Positions 36,532 to 49,885 of a DNA stretch of 64,000 nt are shown one piece after another. The notes below the pieces were generated by a model that saw nothing but the letters and a program-made list of their open reading frames with translations, did no database searches and had not been told where the DNA came from. Origin of the DNA: Carcharhinus longimanus. Lineage: Eukaryota. The translations under genes and the position numbers were made by a program. The DNA is taken from assembly GCA_030264375.1 (NCBI GenBank), contig JASCQW010000150.1, positions 24,370,340 to 24,434,339 of the forward strand, written 5' to 3'. Within the stretch, counting starts at the first letter, position 1, and each line of letters begins with the position of its first letter.

Positions 36532-37740
36532 CTGAAATCTTAAGTCTTGAAGCCATCCTAAAAAGGCGTGACTGACTGCATTATTCACATTAAATTTGCT
36601 GACCCCTGGGAGACGCTATCCAATAAGATGTGCTGTTTAGTTCATAATCAAGCAGAAGTTATGAAAGCAAATACAAGTTAGATGTTGGGTGGTACCTCAT
36701 TTCATAGAAAATCCTCTGGAATAATTGCTAGTAGAGTGAATATGGGTTCAGTGAAAAACACATTTAAAATGAGTAGGATGAGTTCCTGGGAATAACCAAT
36801 GTATCCATATAGTGAAGTAGATGGGTCATCAAGCTTGGCTGCCTTTGAAGCAGGTGGAGGCGAGGGAATGAAGTTAGTTTTTTCCTACTTCTTCTAGAAG
36901 ACTGTAAAGAAGAAATGGAGGATTTGAGTAGAAGGTGGAAAACACCATAGAAGAATGGGATGGATTCAAAAACTGGTTTTTAACCTATCCTTTCTCATTT
37001 GTCCACAGGAACAAAGCTACTTGCTCACAGCTGAAACTGATCATAAAACCAGCAAATATGCTCTGGCTTGCCACTCCCACTAATGAAGCTGTGATTCAGA
37101 TGTTCGTAACAATGCTGAGGTCATCTGGCCATGCTATATTCAACTATTCAACACCAGCTTTGGCCATGCAATCCTCAGTTATACAACTCCAATACATGTC
37201 TTCTGGTTACCATCACTTCAATGGCAGGAGAATCAGTAACAAGAGGACACAGACTTAAGATGATTGGCAAAAAAACTAGAGACAGCTTGAGGATTTACTT
37301 TGTTCAGATGCTGTGAGATCTGGAATGCACTACTTGAATAGAGGTGGAAGCAGATTCAAGAGTAATATACAGAGTGAAATACCTACAAGTCTATGGGGAA
37401 AGAGTTGTGGAGTAGCAGTAATCAGTTTACACTTTGAAACAGCTGGCACGTGCAGGGTGGGCCAAATGATCTCCTTTGGTGCTGCATAATTTACTGACAT
37501 TATCCAAGCTAAGCCATGCACCACAGAACTATACAATAGCCACACTCGCTATACTATACACAACGTTTGTGCTATACCCAACATTGAAGCAATTCCACGC
37601 TGTGCCCAATTTGACAATATTTAACTGGGTAATGGTAATACCTCGCTATACCATATCCAGCCATATGTTTCACTCACCAGCACAAAACTCAGTTTACAAG
37701 ACAAAATTAAGAAAAGAGTAAGAGCAAGTCTGGTTCTCAC

Positions 37741-37773
37741 CCAACATCCTGTGCTGATGAAAGTGTAGTTTTC
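37741..37773 (-). CDS. PIP5K1C: PIP5K1C exon 14 (33-nt small exon)
   Basis: Long T-rich tract plus tttAG, GTGAG donor; (R)KTTLSSAQDV(G), phase 2/2, aligns with human RRRTQSSGQDGR. Confidence 0.85.
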
Positions 37774-37929
37774 CTAAACAGATACAGAACAAATGGAACA
37801 AACAAACAACAATGGAGATTAGTGTGCCATGAACATTAAAAAATTAGTATTTGTCAAAGAGGGCGAGGCCTAGGCCTCAACTGAAATACGCAAGAGTTTG
37901 GGGAGATCCATTCGCATACATGCGAAATA

Positions 37930-38320
37930 ATCAAGTCGTGACTCAGCTGGTAGAACTCTCATCTGAGTCATAAGTTGTGACCTTAAGTCCCACTCCAGGG
38001 CTTAAACACTGAAATCAAGGCCGACGCTCAATGTCGTACTGAGGGAGTAGTGCATTGTTGGGAATGCTGTCTTTTGGATGACACATTAAACTGAGGCCCC
38101 TCTGCCTACATGTATGCATGAAAAAGGACCATTGGCACTACTTCAAAGAGCAGGGCAGTCAGCCCCAGTGTTTTGTTCAAAATATATTCCTCAAACATCA
38201 CCACAAAAACTGAGTCATATTACAGTTTGTGGCAGCTTAATGGCTGCTACATTACAAGGATCGCACTTCAAAATTACTTAATCCTGTGGTCATGAAAAGA
38301 ACATACAAATGCAAGTCCTT
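37930..38320 (+). mobile_element. Deu-domain SINE (SacSINE1/AmnSINE1-like)
   Basis: tRNA-like head, Deu-like core TTTTGGATGACACATTAAACTGAGGCCCC...GGCACTACTTCAAAGAGCAGGG, tail ACAAATGCAAGTC; related fragments near 15780-15925, 19330-19420 and 63170-63440. Confidence 0.7.
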
Positions 38321-38339
38321 TATTTTATAATATTACATT

Positions 38340-39500
38340 GTTATATGAAATAACAGCTAGTTTGGCAGCATCTGTGGAGAGACACACAAAGTTAATATTT
38401 TGAGTCCAATATGATTCTTCAGAGCTGGAGAGTGTTAGGGATGTAATGGGTTTATGCAATTGAAAAAGGGGCAGGTGGATCAAGAGGTCAGGGATAGGTT
38501 TGAAAGCAGGGGAGATTAAAGGACAAAGATGTCATAAAACCAGGGCAAAGGCATTAGTAATGATCATATTAAAACCACAAAGCACTGATCCAGAGTAGGT
38601 GCTAATAGGAGAATGAAGGTCCGAAAGCAAAGTAGCAGAACATGCTAACAGCAGAATAAATACCAGCACTGTCAAAACACAAATGATAATAGGGTTTAGG
38701 CAGGCACTTGATCTCCTTTGGTGCTGCATAATTCAAAAAGATTCAAAAAAGAGTGGTCGACTTCATAATCCGAAGTTGTTGAATCCAACATTGAGTCAAC
38801 AAGGCTATAAAGTGACTAATCAATCATAAGATGAGATACTGTTCCTCCAGCTTATGTTAGGCTTCACTGGAACACTGCAGCAGGCCAAGGACAGAAATGT
38901 CAACATGAAAGCAAGGTGATGAATTGAAATGGCAAGTGACTGGCAGGTCAGGGCCATGCTTGCAGACTAAGCAAAGGTATTCCCCAAAGTAATTACCCAG
39001 TTTGCTTGAGTCTCTCCAGTCTACAGGAGATTGCAATGTGAGCAGCAAATGTGGAAAACTAAATTAAAAGAGATCCAATTAAATCATTGGAAGTCTTGGA
39101 CAGTGAGGAGGTAAAGGTATCAGACCTGTGTTTGCGTTAGAAGGTGCACTGGGAAGGGAATCAGGTGCTGGGCTGATAGAAGAGTGGGCCAGGACGTCGC
39201 AGAAGGAGCGGTCTGTTAGGAATGCTGACACATAAGGGATGGATTAGATGTGTCTGGTGATGGCATCACATTGAAGTTGTTGGAAATGCCAGAATAATCC
39301 TTTGAGTACAGAGGTTGGTGGGATGGAAAGTGACAATGAAGAACCCTAGTATGGTTCTCGGAAGGGGGCGTGGGAAGAAGTGCAGGAAATGGGCCCTGCC
39401 AAAGATAGTGGGAGGATGGGGGTTGGAAGAATCCTCGGCTGAGGAATAAAATGCTGTCGTAGAGGTCACATTATCAAAACAGATTACGGTGCTGGTCAAA
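38340..39500 (-). mobile_element. Penelope-like retroelement remnant
   Basis: Degenerate VTFHPTNL..QRII and PDLPVTCHFNS...SVLGLLQCSSEA; same family as 56382-56615. Confidence 0.8.
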
Positions 39501-40439
39501 CTGGGAGAACAGTGATCAGTTTACAAGGCATCTTTTGTTGGGATATTGTTTCATGAACAAACAAGAGTCAACACCTTTAGGAGAGAATGGGATAAAACTG
39601 ATAGGGGAATCATTTTTAAAAACAATAGCTCACTAAGAAAACTAGCTAGACTGCTAATATTATTAAGAGCAAAATAGAGTTTTTTTTCAAGAGCAAATAC
39701 AAAATATTAATCCATCAGGGAACTAGCCAGAACAGTTAGCCTTACAATGCTAAGTTATTCTATTCATAATACAAAAATTCAATCCGCTGAAACTAATTTT
39801 GAGTTTTATAAGATACGAGGATTCCCAAATTACGCTCATGCAACACACACAGTTGTACTGCACACGCAACCAAACACAAGCATCATACCTTTTCATTTAG
39901 TGTTTTACTAAAGCTGTCAGATTAAAGTTAGTTTGAGTTTGTAGCATCTGGCATCAGTTGGCAGCTAGAAATCTAAAATTGATCATCACTCAATTATTCA
40001 TGAGTTTAGCACTTAATTGTGTTAGAGAAGGAATCACACTTAATTTTACAGGTTAATGGAAAAAGTAGCCTGCTTGTGTCCTCCTCACTTGCTGAGTCAT
40101 TATCTCTTGCTGGAACAAAAGCAAAACATTGCAGACACAGTGTAGATGTGAAATATAAAAAAAACACAGACAATGCTAGATACATTAGTAAGTCTGTCAG
40201 CATCTACTGAGAGAGAAAAAGCATAACTTCAGGTCTGCGACAGCTGCTAAGTATCCAGCATTTGTATTTTTATTTCAGAAACCTGCTGGAACATGGTATC
40301 ACAGAAGCCAAAACCATTTTGTTATAATGAATCTTAGCAGGCTAATCAAGCATGGACCATCTTAGAACCAAAATCAATTTAGTCCCCATGCAAATGCTCT
40401 TCAGCAGTAAGTCACTGAATATCAGTTAGAAGCAGTGAC

Positions 40440-40910
40440 CTTGCCTGACTTTCCCCATTCAGAGATGTCCAAGTTATTTTTGCTCAGCATTAGTGCAGCT
40501 CCAACAACACTCAAGATCAACATGATCCAAGAAAAAGCAGGACAGGAGCAGCACTTTATTCATCATCTTAAACATTTACTCCCTTCATCATCAGTACAAG
40601 TGTGCAGTGTGCACCATCTACAAGTTACACTGCAGCAACATCCCAACTTCTCCCACCCAGAAGAACAAGAGTCACAGGCAGACTGGAACTCCATCATTCC
40701 TGAATTCCCCTCCAAGTCATACTTGAAGTTGCACACCCTTCCTTCATCACTGCTGGATTAAACTCCTAGAACTCCTTACCCAACAACATGGAAGAGCATC
40801 TCCACCACAATATTGTAGCACTTCAAGAAAGCAATTCACAATATTTTTCTACGGTCAATTAAGGACGGGGATTAAATGCTGGCCTTATCAGCCGTGCCCA
40901 CATCTTGTAA
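40440..40910 (+). mobile_element. LINE 3' remnant; same family as 44010-44440 and 26120-26265
   Basis: GTGCAGCTCCAACAACACTCAAG...TAAATGCTGGCCTTATCAGC. Confidence 0.7.
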
Positions 40911-41480
40911 ATGAAGACAATAAAAATTCAAAATGATTGGTTTTCAAAATTATTAAAACCTCTGCCTAAAAATTCCAAAATAAAAGTGGATTATAACCTT
41001 GACATTTCATTTGGTTAACTCCTACAAGAGTCACTTGAACATAACTGCCTTGACTGGTACTGAAACTTTTAGCAACAAGTATGTCATTGCATATGCAACA
41101 GAGGCATGTTAGTGAAACTTTTAATTTTTGATGATTTGCACAAGAAACCTAAAGACAAAAAGAAAAGCATTTTTATTTTATAACGTTATATATAAAATGT
41201 GCTCCCAATGTTGTTTATAAAAGCAGCATCCAATAGTCATACTAAGAACCCAAATTTACCTCCAACCTGATTATATGATGAATGATAGAAAAGTAGAAAG
41301 GGGATAAACTATCAGTGTCCCTGCTAAAAAGATGAAGAAAGGAATAGACACTGAATTGTCACACAATAATCAGTAGTGATGACCAAAAATTTGATCAAGT
41401 ACATTTTCTAAAGAGTAAGTGAGAGGCAGATTGGGTTAATGATAAGTTTATGCAAAGGATAAAAAACCCACTCCACATAC

Positions 41481-41625
41481 CTGTAGCGGTGATGTTGCTC
41501 CGAGCCTTCTGACGGTGATTGTTCTGTTATTGACAAGGATGTTGTTGACGACAGAGTTGTTGCTATCGAAGCTGTAGTTGCTTCTTCAAATGAAGGGGGA
41601 GTGCAAGGAAGGAGATCTGGCCGGC
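41481..41625 (-). CDS. PIP5K1C: PIP5K1C exon 13 (145 nt; 154 nt if the acceptor at 41634 is used)
   Basis: (G)[47 protein letters not shown](R); GTATG donor. Confidence 0.93.
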
Positions 41626-42239
41626 CTAACAGACCTACAAAAATTGACAAATTTTATCAACAACCTTAAAAGGAAACCACTATCTACCTCAACATGAAGC
41701 AGAATTATCATCTAAATTAAAAGTGATGAGGAAGTTGATTCAGCCTAATGTTTTGCTCGTCTAACTGCTTTTAACAATGTACTGGTTATTCTTTACATGC
41801 TACCCAGAACACAAAACCTTAAAATAGATTAGGCTGCTGCATCCAGATGATATGCACCCAATGGTGATCAAAGAGATTGGACATTTACATTACCAGTTCC
41901 TTATCAAATCTGTAACAGCTCACTAGATTCTGATTATTTCCTTGAATCAGGAGGATGTTCTTAGTTACAATTTTAAAGAAGCATGACAAGTCAGAACCAG
42001 AGATATAGACCCATTAGTCTGTCAGTTGTAAGAAGGATGCTTGAATAGATGCTTATGATCTCAGCTTAGAGTTGTCAAAAACACAAAACAGATTTGAGAC
42101 TAGTAATATAAACTTGCTCGAATTATTTTTACTAGATTAGTGGATGGCACTGTCATCTTGAATTTTCACAATGAGCAACTCAAAGCAAGAATTTTTGTAC
42201 ACAGTGGGAAGTTGCTACAATGCATTACAATTTGACTAC

Positions 42240-43540
42240 ATTCCCATAGGCTGTGAATCTGTTTAGAGGCCTCTCAGTGGTGCATTTCAGGGATCAGGGT
42301 TAGAGCCATTGTTGTTTACTATCTTCATAAACTACCCGGAGATACGCATTATGGTAATGGCCTGCAAGTTTGTGGGTAAGATAATTTGTGCAAGTGTCAG
42401 GAGCAAAGGAGAAGAAATTTCTGCAAACAGATTTAGATGCACAGCAGAATGAGCCAGTCTGGTAAATGACATTTAACTTAAACTACAGTAGTATTTAATT
42501 ACACAGGACTAACTCTAAGTATACTTGTATATTAGATGGGATAATTCTGAAATTGGTCAAGACAGAAAACCTTGGTACTTTAGTTCACATTTCTTTAAAA
42601 GTTCATGATCAATGTCAGAGCTAGTTAGTATTAACAGGACAACTCAATGTCAAAAAAAAAAGCACAGCAATCTGGCCTTGCACAAACCTTGGTTAAACCA
42701 CATCAAAAATACTGCATTCAGTTTTAGACCCTTCACCTGGTGGATAACGAAGGCTTTAGAAAAGGTTGGGGGGGCGGGGGATGCAAAAAATTCTCACTCA
42801 AAACAACTTAGTTAATAAGATACATTTACAACACTGGGTTAATTCAATTTAGAAATCTTTGGAGTGATTTGTTTGCTGTATATAAATAGTTAATGGACAA
42901 GGTTGCATTGCTAGAATGAAGGACAGTGATACATGCTATACAATGGCAAGGATAAGCTAATGGTTAAGCAGTTCTTTTCTTTGCGAACTGTAAACTATGG
43001 ACTAAGTTACTATCGCCTGCTGATAAAGATGTGCAGAATGCCAGCGTTCGATGAATAGTTGGTTTAGTTCTTGGCTGAGGAAGAAGATCACACCTTAGGA
43101 AAAAAGGGAGAAGAAAAGCTTGGCAATGTGATCCCTTGAACCAGTTTCAATTGGCTAAAAGTGGCAGAGAAGAATTTTCCATATGCTATACCCTGCCTCC
43201 CAAATGAACTGAGTGCTTTGTATAGCTATTGGTGGATAGGGGATGCCTGATCATTATGTTTTAGTATCTCAGGGCAGGATCAGATGGAAGAGGAAACATT
43301 TCTTCACTCAAGACGGTTGTGAACCTTTGAAAGTCTCAACGCCAAACAGCTTTGGATACTCAGTGATTAAGTAGATATTCACGGCTCCACTGAAGAGATA
43401 AATTGATTTTAAAATACTAAAATGTGAGGAATATGGGGATCAAGTGTTAAAGTGGAGTTGAGGATAAATATCAGCATGGTCTTATAGAATGGTAGAATAG
43501 ACTAAAGGTTGTATAGTCTACTCCTATTTCTTATATTTTT
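42240..43540 (+). mobile_element. Old CR1-class LINE fragments
   Basis: Degenerate RT motifs (V.QGS.LEPLLF.IFIN) and a CR1 tail at 43290-43540. Confidence 0.55.
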
Positions 43541-43608
43541 ACCTAAAGGACCAGTGATGGTTCAGAGATTTTTAAAAAAAGGAAAGAAATTTCTTGCAGG
43601 GCAACTAC

Positions 43609-43770
43609 CTTCATCTTCAAGAGTTGGAAAGCTCCTGGCTCCCCGCAGGTCATACCGCGTATCCTCATCTTCTGTAGGAATCTGACTGGCTGAAAATGCT
43701 TGTCCAGGACCAATATATTTAGGAACTGGTAGAGAAGCACGTCCTTTCTTGGATGGGGATGACTTCAAGG
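43609..43770 (-). CDS. PIP5K1C: PIP5K1C exon 12 (162 nt)
   Basis: (S)[53 protein letters not shown]; AFSASQIP and YDLRGARS are gamma-isoform signatures. Confidence 0.93.
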
Positions 43771-44009
43771 CTGTCGTATTATGAAATTGAAATGCTAAAT
43801 GAACATCAATGAATGAAACGTATCAGATATCAAGGTTAATATCAATCATGGTTAAAGTTCCTATCGAGCTATTTATACAGCGGCATCACAATCAGCAATA
43901 TTATTCCTTATACAAAAACGAACAGATTAACAAGCTATCCCTGTGTTGTTTATAGGATATTGCTGCATGCAAAATAGCTGAGGCATTTATATGCAGAACA
44001 GTCACTGCA

Positions 44010-44440
44010 TTGGTGTAGATCCTCCAAAACTTAAAAAGCTTGACACCATCTAGGACAAAGCAGCCCATCTGATTGTTTGTGGAAGGGGTGCCATTCATTC
44101 CCTTCACCACCAATCCACAGTGGCAGCATTGTGTACCAGCTAAGGCTCTTTAAACAGCATCTTCCAAACCCATAACCACTATCATTCAGAAGGCCAAAGG
44201 CAGCAGACTCATAGAAATATCACCACTTGGAAGTTTCCCACCAAACCACTCACCATCCTGACTTGGAAATATATTGCTGTTCCTTCACAGTCACTGGGTC
44301 ACAATCTTGGAACTCTCTCCCTAACAGCACTGTCAATGTACCTATACCAGATGGATTGCAACAGTTCAAGAAGGTAGTTCACAGGGGCAATCAGTGCTGG
44401 GCAATAAATGCTGGCCTATCCAGCAAAGCCCATGACTTTA
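44010..44440 (+). mobile_element. LINE 3' remnant
   Basis: AAGCTTGACACCATCTAGGACAAAGCAGCCC...GGGCAATAAATGCTGGCC. Confidence 0.7.
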
Positions 44441-44920
44441 AGTTCAGAAAAGGAAACTAATCCTGCATTGAATGTCTCTCACATTTCTGAGGGATGTGAT
44501 AGGAACTACATGAATAAAATCATGCATTTTTCACCAGACAAACATACCCCATATTAGGAACTAGGCCATTCAAACTAAAATGTCTGATCCTTAGCCCGTG
44601 CTGAGCTAGCTGGTGTCAGCATTCCAGTAGTAGGGATACTAGATCAGCTTCTTTGAAGCCCCATAGAAAGGATGGGTCACATATCAATCCTCTACTGGAA
44701 ATTGATGCTCTTGGATAGGATCAAGGACAGCTGGAATACCATAAGTTGAATAATCTGCTGTTTCACTGTCTAAACTCACCTGGGCAAGGTACTGCAGGGT
44801 GCTACTATATTTAGACTCCACAGACATTGGAGTTGTTTTTATTTTTTTGAAATGTTCTAATTAATGTGAAGCACTACAGTGCAAGGTTTAATTTCTAACT
44901 AGAATACAATTCATTCTTAC

Positions 44921-45005
44921 ATGAAGTCTTTCTGAAGACAGTGTTGCTCATGAATTTATAAAATCTTTCAGCATAGAAGTTTGGCCTGTGCACCGACACA
45001 GTATC
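44921..45005 (-). CDS. PIP5K1C: PIP5K1C exon 11 (85 nt)
   Basis: [28 protein letters not shown]; AG / GTAAG. Confidence 0.96.
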
Positions 45006-46134
45006 CTGTAAGAACAAACAGGAAGGACAATATCACAACTCTGGAAAGGAGCAGCTCTTCTAGCAGACGTAGAGCAATCAGAACTAACTACTATAGCTAA
45101 ATACAATCCATCATCAAAATAGTTAATTACCAGGCATCAAGAAGGCATGGTGAACACTTTGCGCACACACACTCAGTTGTCTCAAGGGGCAAAACAATAA
45201 AGGCCATTTGGCAATAGATAAACCAGGTAAATGAAATCATGATGGAATTGAGAAGTGGGTTTCCAAAGTTAGCTTGGTGTTGAGTTAGAAGGATGATCTT
45301 TGCCAAAGCAACAATTGGCCTCAATATTCCTCAGCCATTGAGGCAATTCCTGCTCCAGATCAAGTGGCCTTTACTAGAACATTGTGTCAGCATCAGCCAA
45401 GATTCAGATCAATTGATGCTCTTTACAGTCAAGTGGGCTGCTGCCGCTGCAGAAATGCAATGAGGAAAGGTCCAAGATCTTTCAGCCTTAGTGAACTAAG
45501 GGGAGTTGAATTGTGGAGAGCCCTCAGTCTGTAAGACTCACATTGAGTATTTAGAGCGAACATTACATGTATCACAATTGTATGGAAGCACCTCAGAGTG
45601 CAGCTTGCTCTAGGTAGACAACTTAAAATACCTTTTTGCATCATTTGTAATGACTATTTTGAAATGTCTAATATCTTTGATGTACTAAAGCACTCAAGAT
45701 TGCAGCATAGTATATGTAAAGAACCTGAATATTATTGTACCTAGTGTATGGCCATTTTGAAATGTTTGCAATATTATTTCAGATATTTTATGAATAAAGT
45801 ATATTTTTGCCAAACAAAAATAGCCTGTTCATATTTGCTGTCTAAGAACACAAGTGAAGAATGGCTACTTGATATGATGTTACAGACTAGCAGCTGCCAC
45901 TGGAACTATGCAGAAATAAGGGGAAACAATGCTGAGAAATCAAGAATAATGGGTTTTTTAAAAAACAGTCTAACTACTCGGTGTTAATGTAACATAACAA
46001 GATTCAGATCTCTGAATTCTGCTTACGTATAGCCTTTTTAGCAGCATGCAATTCCACCAATTTAAAGTTTCCTGGAAGGACTTAGCTATTGTCCAGCGCT
46101 CTGGCATTTGTTAACCTTTAAATACCAGTTAACA

Positions 46135-46520
46135 TTAAGAACATAAGGACATAAGAAATAGAAGCAGAAGTAGGCCATCCAGCCCTTCAAGCCTGCCCCG
46201 CCATTCAATAAAATCATGGCTGATCTGAAGTGAATCAGTTCCACTTTCCCGCTTTCTCCCCATAACCCTTNNNNNNNNNNNNNNNNNNNNNNNNNNNNNN
46301 NNNNNNNNNNNNNNNNNNNNNNNNNNNNNNNNNNNNNNNNNNNNNNNNNNNNNNNNNNNNNNNNNNNNNNACAGTACTCCAGCTGCGGCCTCACCAGTGC
46401 CCTGTACAGTTGCAGCAAGACCTCCCTACTTTTATATTCTATCCCCCCTCGCTATAAAGGCCAGCATTCCATTTGCCTTCTTGATCACCTGCTGCACCTG
46501 CAGACTGGGTTTTTGCGACA
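46135..46520 (-). mobile_element. Relatively young CR1 LINE 3' end (spans an N gap)
   Basis: LQLYRALVRPQLEYC; tail repeat TAAGAACATAAG on the plus strand. Confidence 0.85.
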
Positions 46521-47190
46521 CATGCATTGTATTTGATGAAGTCAGATTGAAGTATCCTGATGCTTTGTTCATTTTATATTAATTGTGGAGTTACCAGTTG
46601 AATGGAACATTACAGAATGCTTACAATACTCCAATTAAATAAAGCTCCAAAGCTTTTTGCTAAGGAACAAGGAAATCTGTTTTATGTCAAGCATTCTAAA
46701 CAAAGATCAAATCTCCAAACCTGCTTTTCCCTATTCAATGCTGCCCGATCCTCTCATATTTTCAACTCCATTTTCTTCAGGTGCCCAAAAACATTTCTCC
46801 ACATAACCTCTTGTTTGCAGAATCCAATGTTTCATTTGATAAGCCACATTATATGAATAAGTCACTCAGTGGACATTGTGGAACACAGAACTTCTCCACA
46901 CAATTAAGATGCCTCACCATTTCAGGAAATATTTTTTCCATTCCTAATTTGGCTATGTTATATTTCAGATGGTGCTTCACGATCATCAAAATGGGTGGAC
47001 TATGTATTGTCGAGGACACTACTACAATGTTCACATTACAGTGATATCACCAGAATCAGGGTTGACTGTAATATAGTGTGATAAAGTCGACATTCTGCAT
47101 ATTCATAACAGCTGGACCCCACACTGCACATCAATGAACTACTCTATCCCAGTGCCTTTTCATTTTGCTATTTCTTCTGTATTAAAAGGC

Positions 47191-48724
47191 TGTTAGGAAA
47201 ACAAAGGTAATTTGAAGGGATTTATATTTGCATGGGTAAACATTAGAATTAAGGTATAATCTTAAATGGGTTTAATTTAACATCTGTGTATCCAAGAGGT
47301 TAAAACCTATCATTAGATCCATTCCGAACAAAGGTGCTTATATGGTTTCAATTCCAATTGGGATTGTATTATGCTTGAGGGGGCTAAGGTGTGAAAAATA
47401 AAATAAAATTTAATAATAAATAAAGAGAAGGATAATGGTTGCTCAGCAACTGGGGCCTTGAAAGGATAAAAAAACTTTTCTTTGCTCTTAGTTTTTTTTT
47501 AAACTGAAAGCCACAGCAGTTGGAGCAAGATTACTGAGGAGTGAACAGCTCTTAACTCTGCCAGGAGAATCTGAGCAAAGGGAATTGCAATGATGCAAAT
47601 TTCCAAAGGAACAAGATATAGTCTAAATAACCAGAAGGCTGGGGCAGAAAGAGTTTCTTACAAANNNNNNNNNNNNNNNNNNNAACCGCAAACAAGAGAT
47701 TACTGACCAGTGAAGTCACAGAGTTGAAAAGGCATCGGATCGTGAGAAGTCAGAAAGGTATCTGCAGAGGTGCTAAGGTATGAGAGAGATTACTTTAAAT
47801 AACAGGGTAAATCAGTGGCTGGATCTCAGAGTTTGTACAGAAGCCTTTAAGACAAAAATCCAGAAAAGGGTTGATGCAAAATCCTGTTCCGAGTTTGCTG
47901 ACAAAAGGTGGAGCAGAATCTCTGTTCACAGGAGTCTTCTGGAAAACATGGACTGGATTTAAGAATGGAAACCACCAAGGGAAAGTGTCATGAGAGAAGA
48001 TTTTAAAGCATACTTTGGGAAGTAGAGTTTAGAAACTCTTACATGACAACAATCTGGGGAGATCCTTAGGAGAAGTGAGGGGCAGCAAAGTGCCACAGTG
48101 GTTAGCACTGCTGCCTCACAGCTCAAGGGACCCGGGTTTAATTCTGGCCTCAGGAGACTGTCTATTGGAGTTTTTCCCCCCACTGTCTGCGTGCGTGTCC
48201 TCCAGGTGCTCTGGTTTCCTCCCAAAGTCCAAAGACGTGCAGGTTAGGCTGCGCTAAATTGCCGCTTGTCAAGATTAGCCGGGTAAATACATGGGATTAT
48301 GGGGATAGGGCCTTGGTGGGATTGTTGTTGGTGCAGGCTTGCTGGGCCGAATAGCCATCCTATTGGAATTCTATCATTCTATGAAAGCAACAGACACTAA
48401 CAGGTTCAAAAAGGAGTCTGTTTGACCACATTGTGTGCATGCCAAAGTGACATTGGGTATCAGTGAGACCATGATACCATGATGTACAGTATAATATATG
48501 TTAATCTTAAAACCCCTTAAGAGGAAAGAAAAGGAGTATCTTATTATAATTCAATTTTTCCACGTTTAATAAATGGTATTCCTTGATGTTAAAACTAATT
48601 AGCGGCCCTGTGACTCTGATGTTCCATGTTTTATAGTTAAAAAAAGAAAAGTTACGGTCTTTTGAGCAAGTGTTTTATTCTGGGATCTTCGTGTCAAGTT
48701 ACAACATGAACTGGGATCACAACA
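47191..48724. mobile_element. Putative solo LTR (Gypsy-like) in PIP5K1C intron 10
   Basis: Starts TGTTAG, ends ACAACA; 4-bp flanks AGGC/AGGT; AATAAA near 48568. Confidence 0.5.
48079..48383 (+). mobile_element. HE1 SINE nested in a putative solo LTR
   Basis: Head CACAGTGGTTAGCACTGCTGCCTCACAGC through tail GAATTCTATCATTCTATG. Confidence 0.88.
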
Positions 48725-48958
48725 AGGTATTCAGTAATTTATGTGTTTTCTTCTTAAATTCTCCTCATAATTAGATAAAAGTGAAATCCTGGAGAAAATC
48801 TAAAGCCTCAACTGAAAGCTATAATAGTGGGAAACTGGTTGTGTGCAGTATTAAATTAGTAGACAAGTAATATTAGGTTTGTTTTCTAAATATCAAAATA
48901 TATAACAAAACTAATAGAAAATATTTATCTCGTGTATCGTTTTGAAATGGAAACTTAC

Positions 48959-49007
48959 ACCGTCATGAACAAGTGCTTTCCAAGTGTGCTCCAGTTTCTT
49001 AATTAAC
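48959..49007 (-). CDS. PIP5K1C: PIP5K1C exon 10 (49 nt; activation loop)
   Basis: (R)LIKKLEHTWKALVHDG, a type I PIP5K activation loop; ttcAG / GTAAG. Confidence 0.95.
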
Positions 49008-49258
49008 CTGAAAGTAAATATTTGCATATTGTGATTACTGTCAGTTCTAATTAAACCTTATATCATCTTTTTCAGTCAAGACTGAAAGCATCCTTTCCAC
49101 ACAATAAACTTTAACACTTTCACAGGAATTAAAAAAAGGTTGTGATTTTAAGTATTCAAGACCTGAGCATATAAATCTTTGCTGCGGTACTGATTAGTTG
49201 GAAAATTCCACCTTTTGGATGACATATTAAAGTTGTGGCTTATGCAGCCCTCTGAGGT

Positions 49259-49362
49259 GAACATGGGAGAATGTGCAAACTCCACACAGACAGTGGCTCA
49301 AGTCAGGAACCCAGATCCCTGGTGCTATGAGGCAGCAATGCTAACCACTGTGCCACCATCCT
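49259..49362 (-). mobile_element. HE1 SINE 5' fragment
   Basis: GTGCAAACTCCACACAGACAGT...GCTAACCACTGTGCCACC on the plus strand. Confidence 0.8.
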
Positions 49363-49364
49363 GT

Positions 49365-49885
49365 CCCTTAGTTAGGCCACATCTTAAATACTGTGAACAG
49401 TTTTGGTCCCTTTGTCTAAGTAAAGATAAACTGGGATTGGAGGGAGATTCACGAGGCTAATCCCTGGTTTGGAGAGATTCTCTTGGCAAGATAGAGTAGG
49501 TGGGGCCTGTACTCACTGGAGTTTAAATGAAACAAGGGCAACCTTATTCAGACATTTAGGATTCTGTGAAGGTTTGACAGGATAGATGCTGAAAGTCTAT
49601 TTCCGCTTGTGGGAGAGTTTGGGACCAGAGGTCATAATCTCAGTTGCCCATTTAAGACATCTTCTCAGAGTAGTGGATCTGTGGAATTCTTTACAACAGA
49701 GAGCTGTAGAGGCCAGGTCAAGGCTGAGATGAACAGATTTTTAATCAGTAAGGGAATCAAGGGTTAATGGGAATGAGACAGGAAAGTGGAGTATCATATC
49801 TGATTACTGATGATCTTGTTGAATGGTGGAGCAGGCTCAAAGGGCCAAATGGCCAACTCGTGCTCCTATGTCTTACGGTCTTATA
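49365..49885 (+). mobile_element. CR1 LINE 3' fragment
   Basis: LVRPHLKYCEQFWS; tail GGGCCAAATGGCCAACTCGTGCTCCTATGTCTTA. Confidence 0.8.

Noticed and set aside
40070-40109. Acidic peptide RDNDSASEEDTSR as an extra PIP5K1C exon
   Set aside because: The first AG gives an immediate TAA, the in-frame option needs a weak AAG acceptor and a poor GC donor, and the pyrimidine tract comes from an adjacent repeat; the true exon 14 is at 37741-37773
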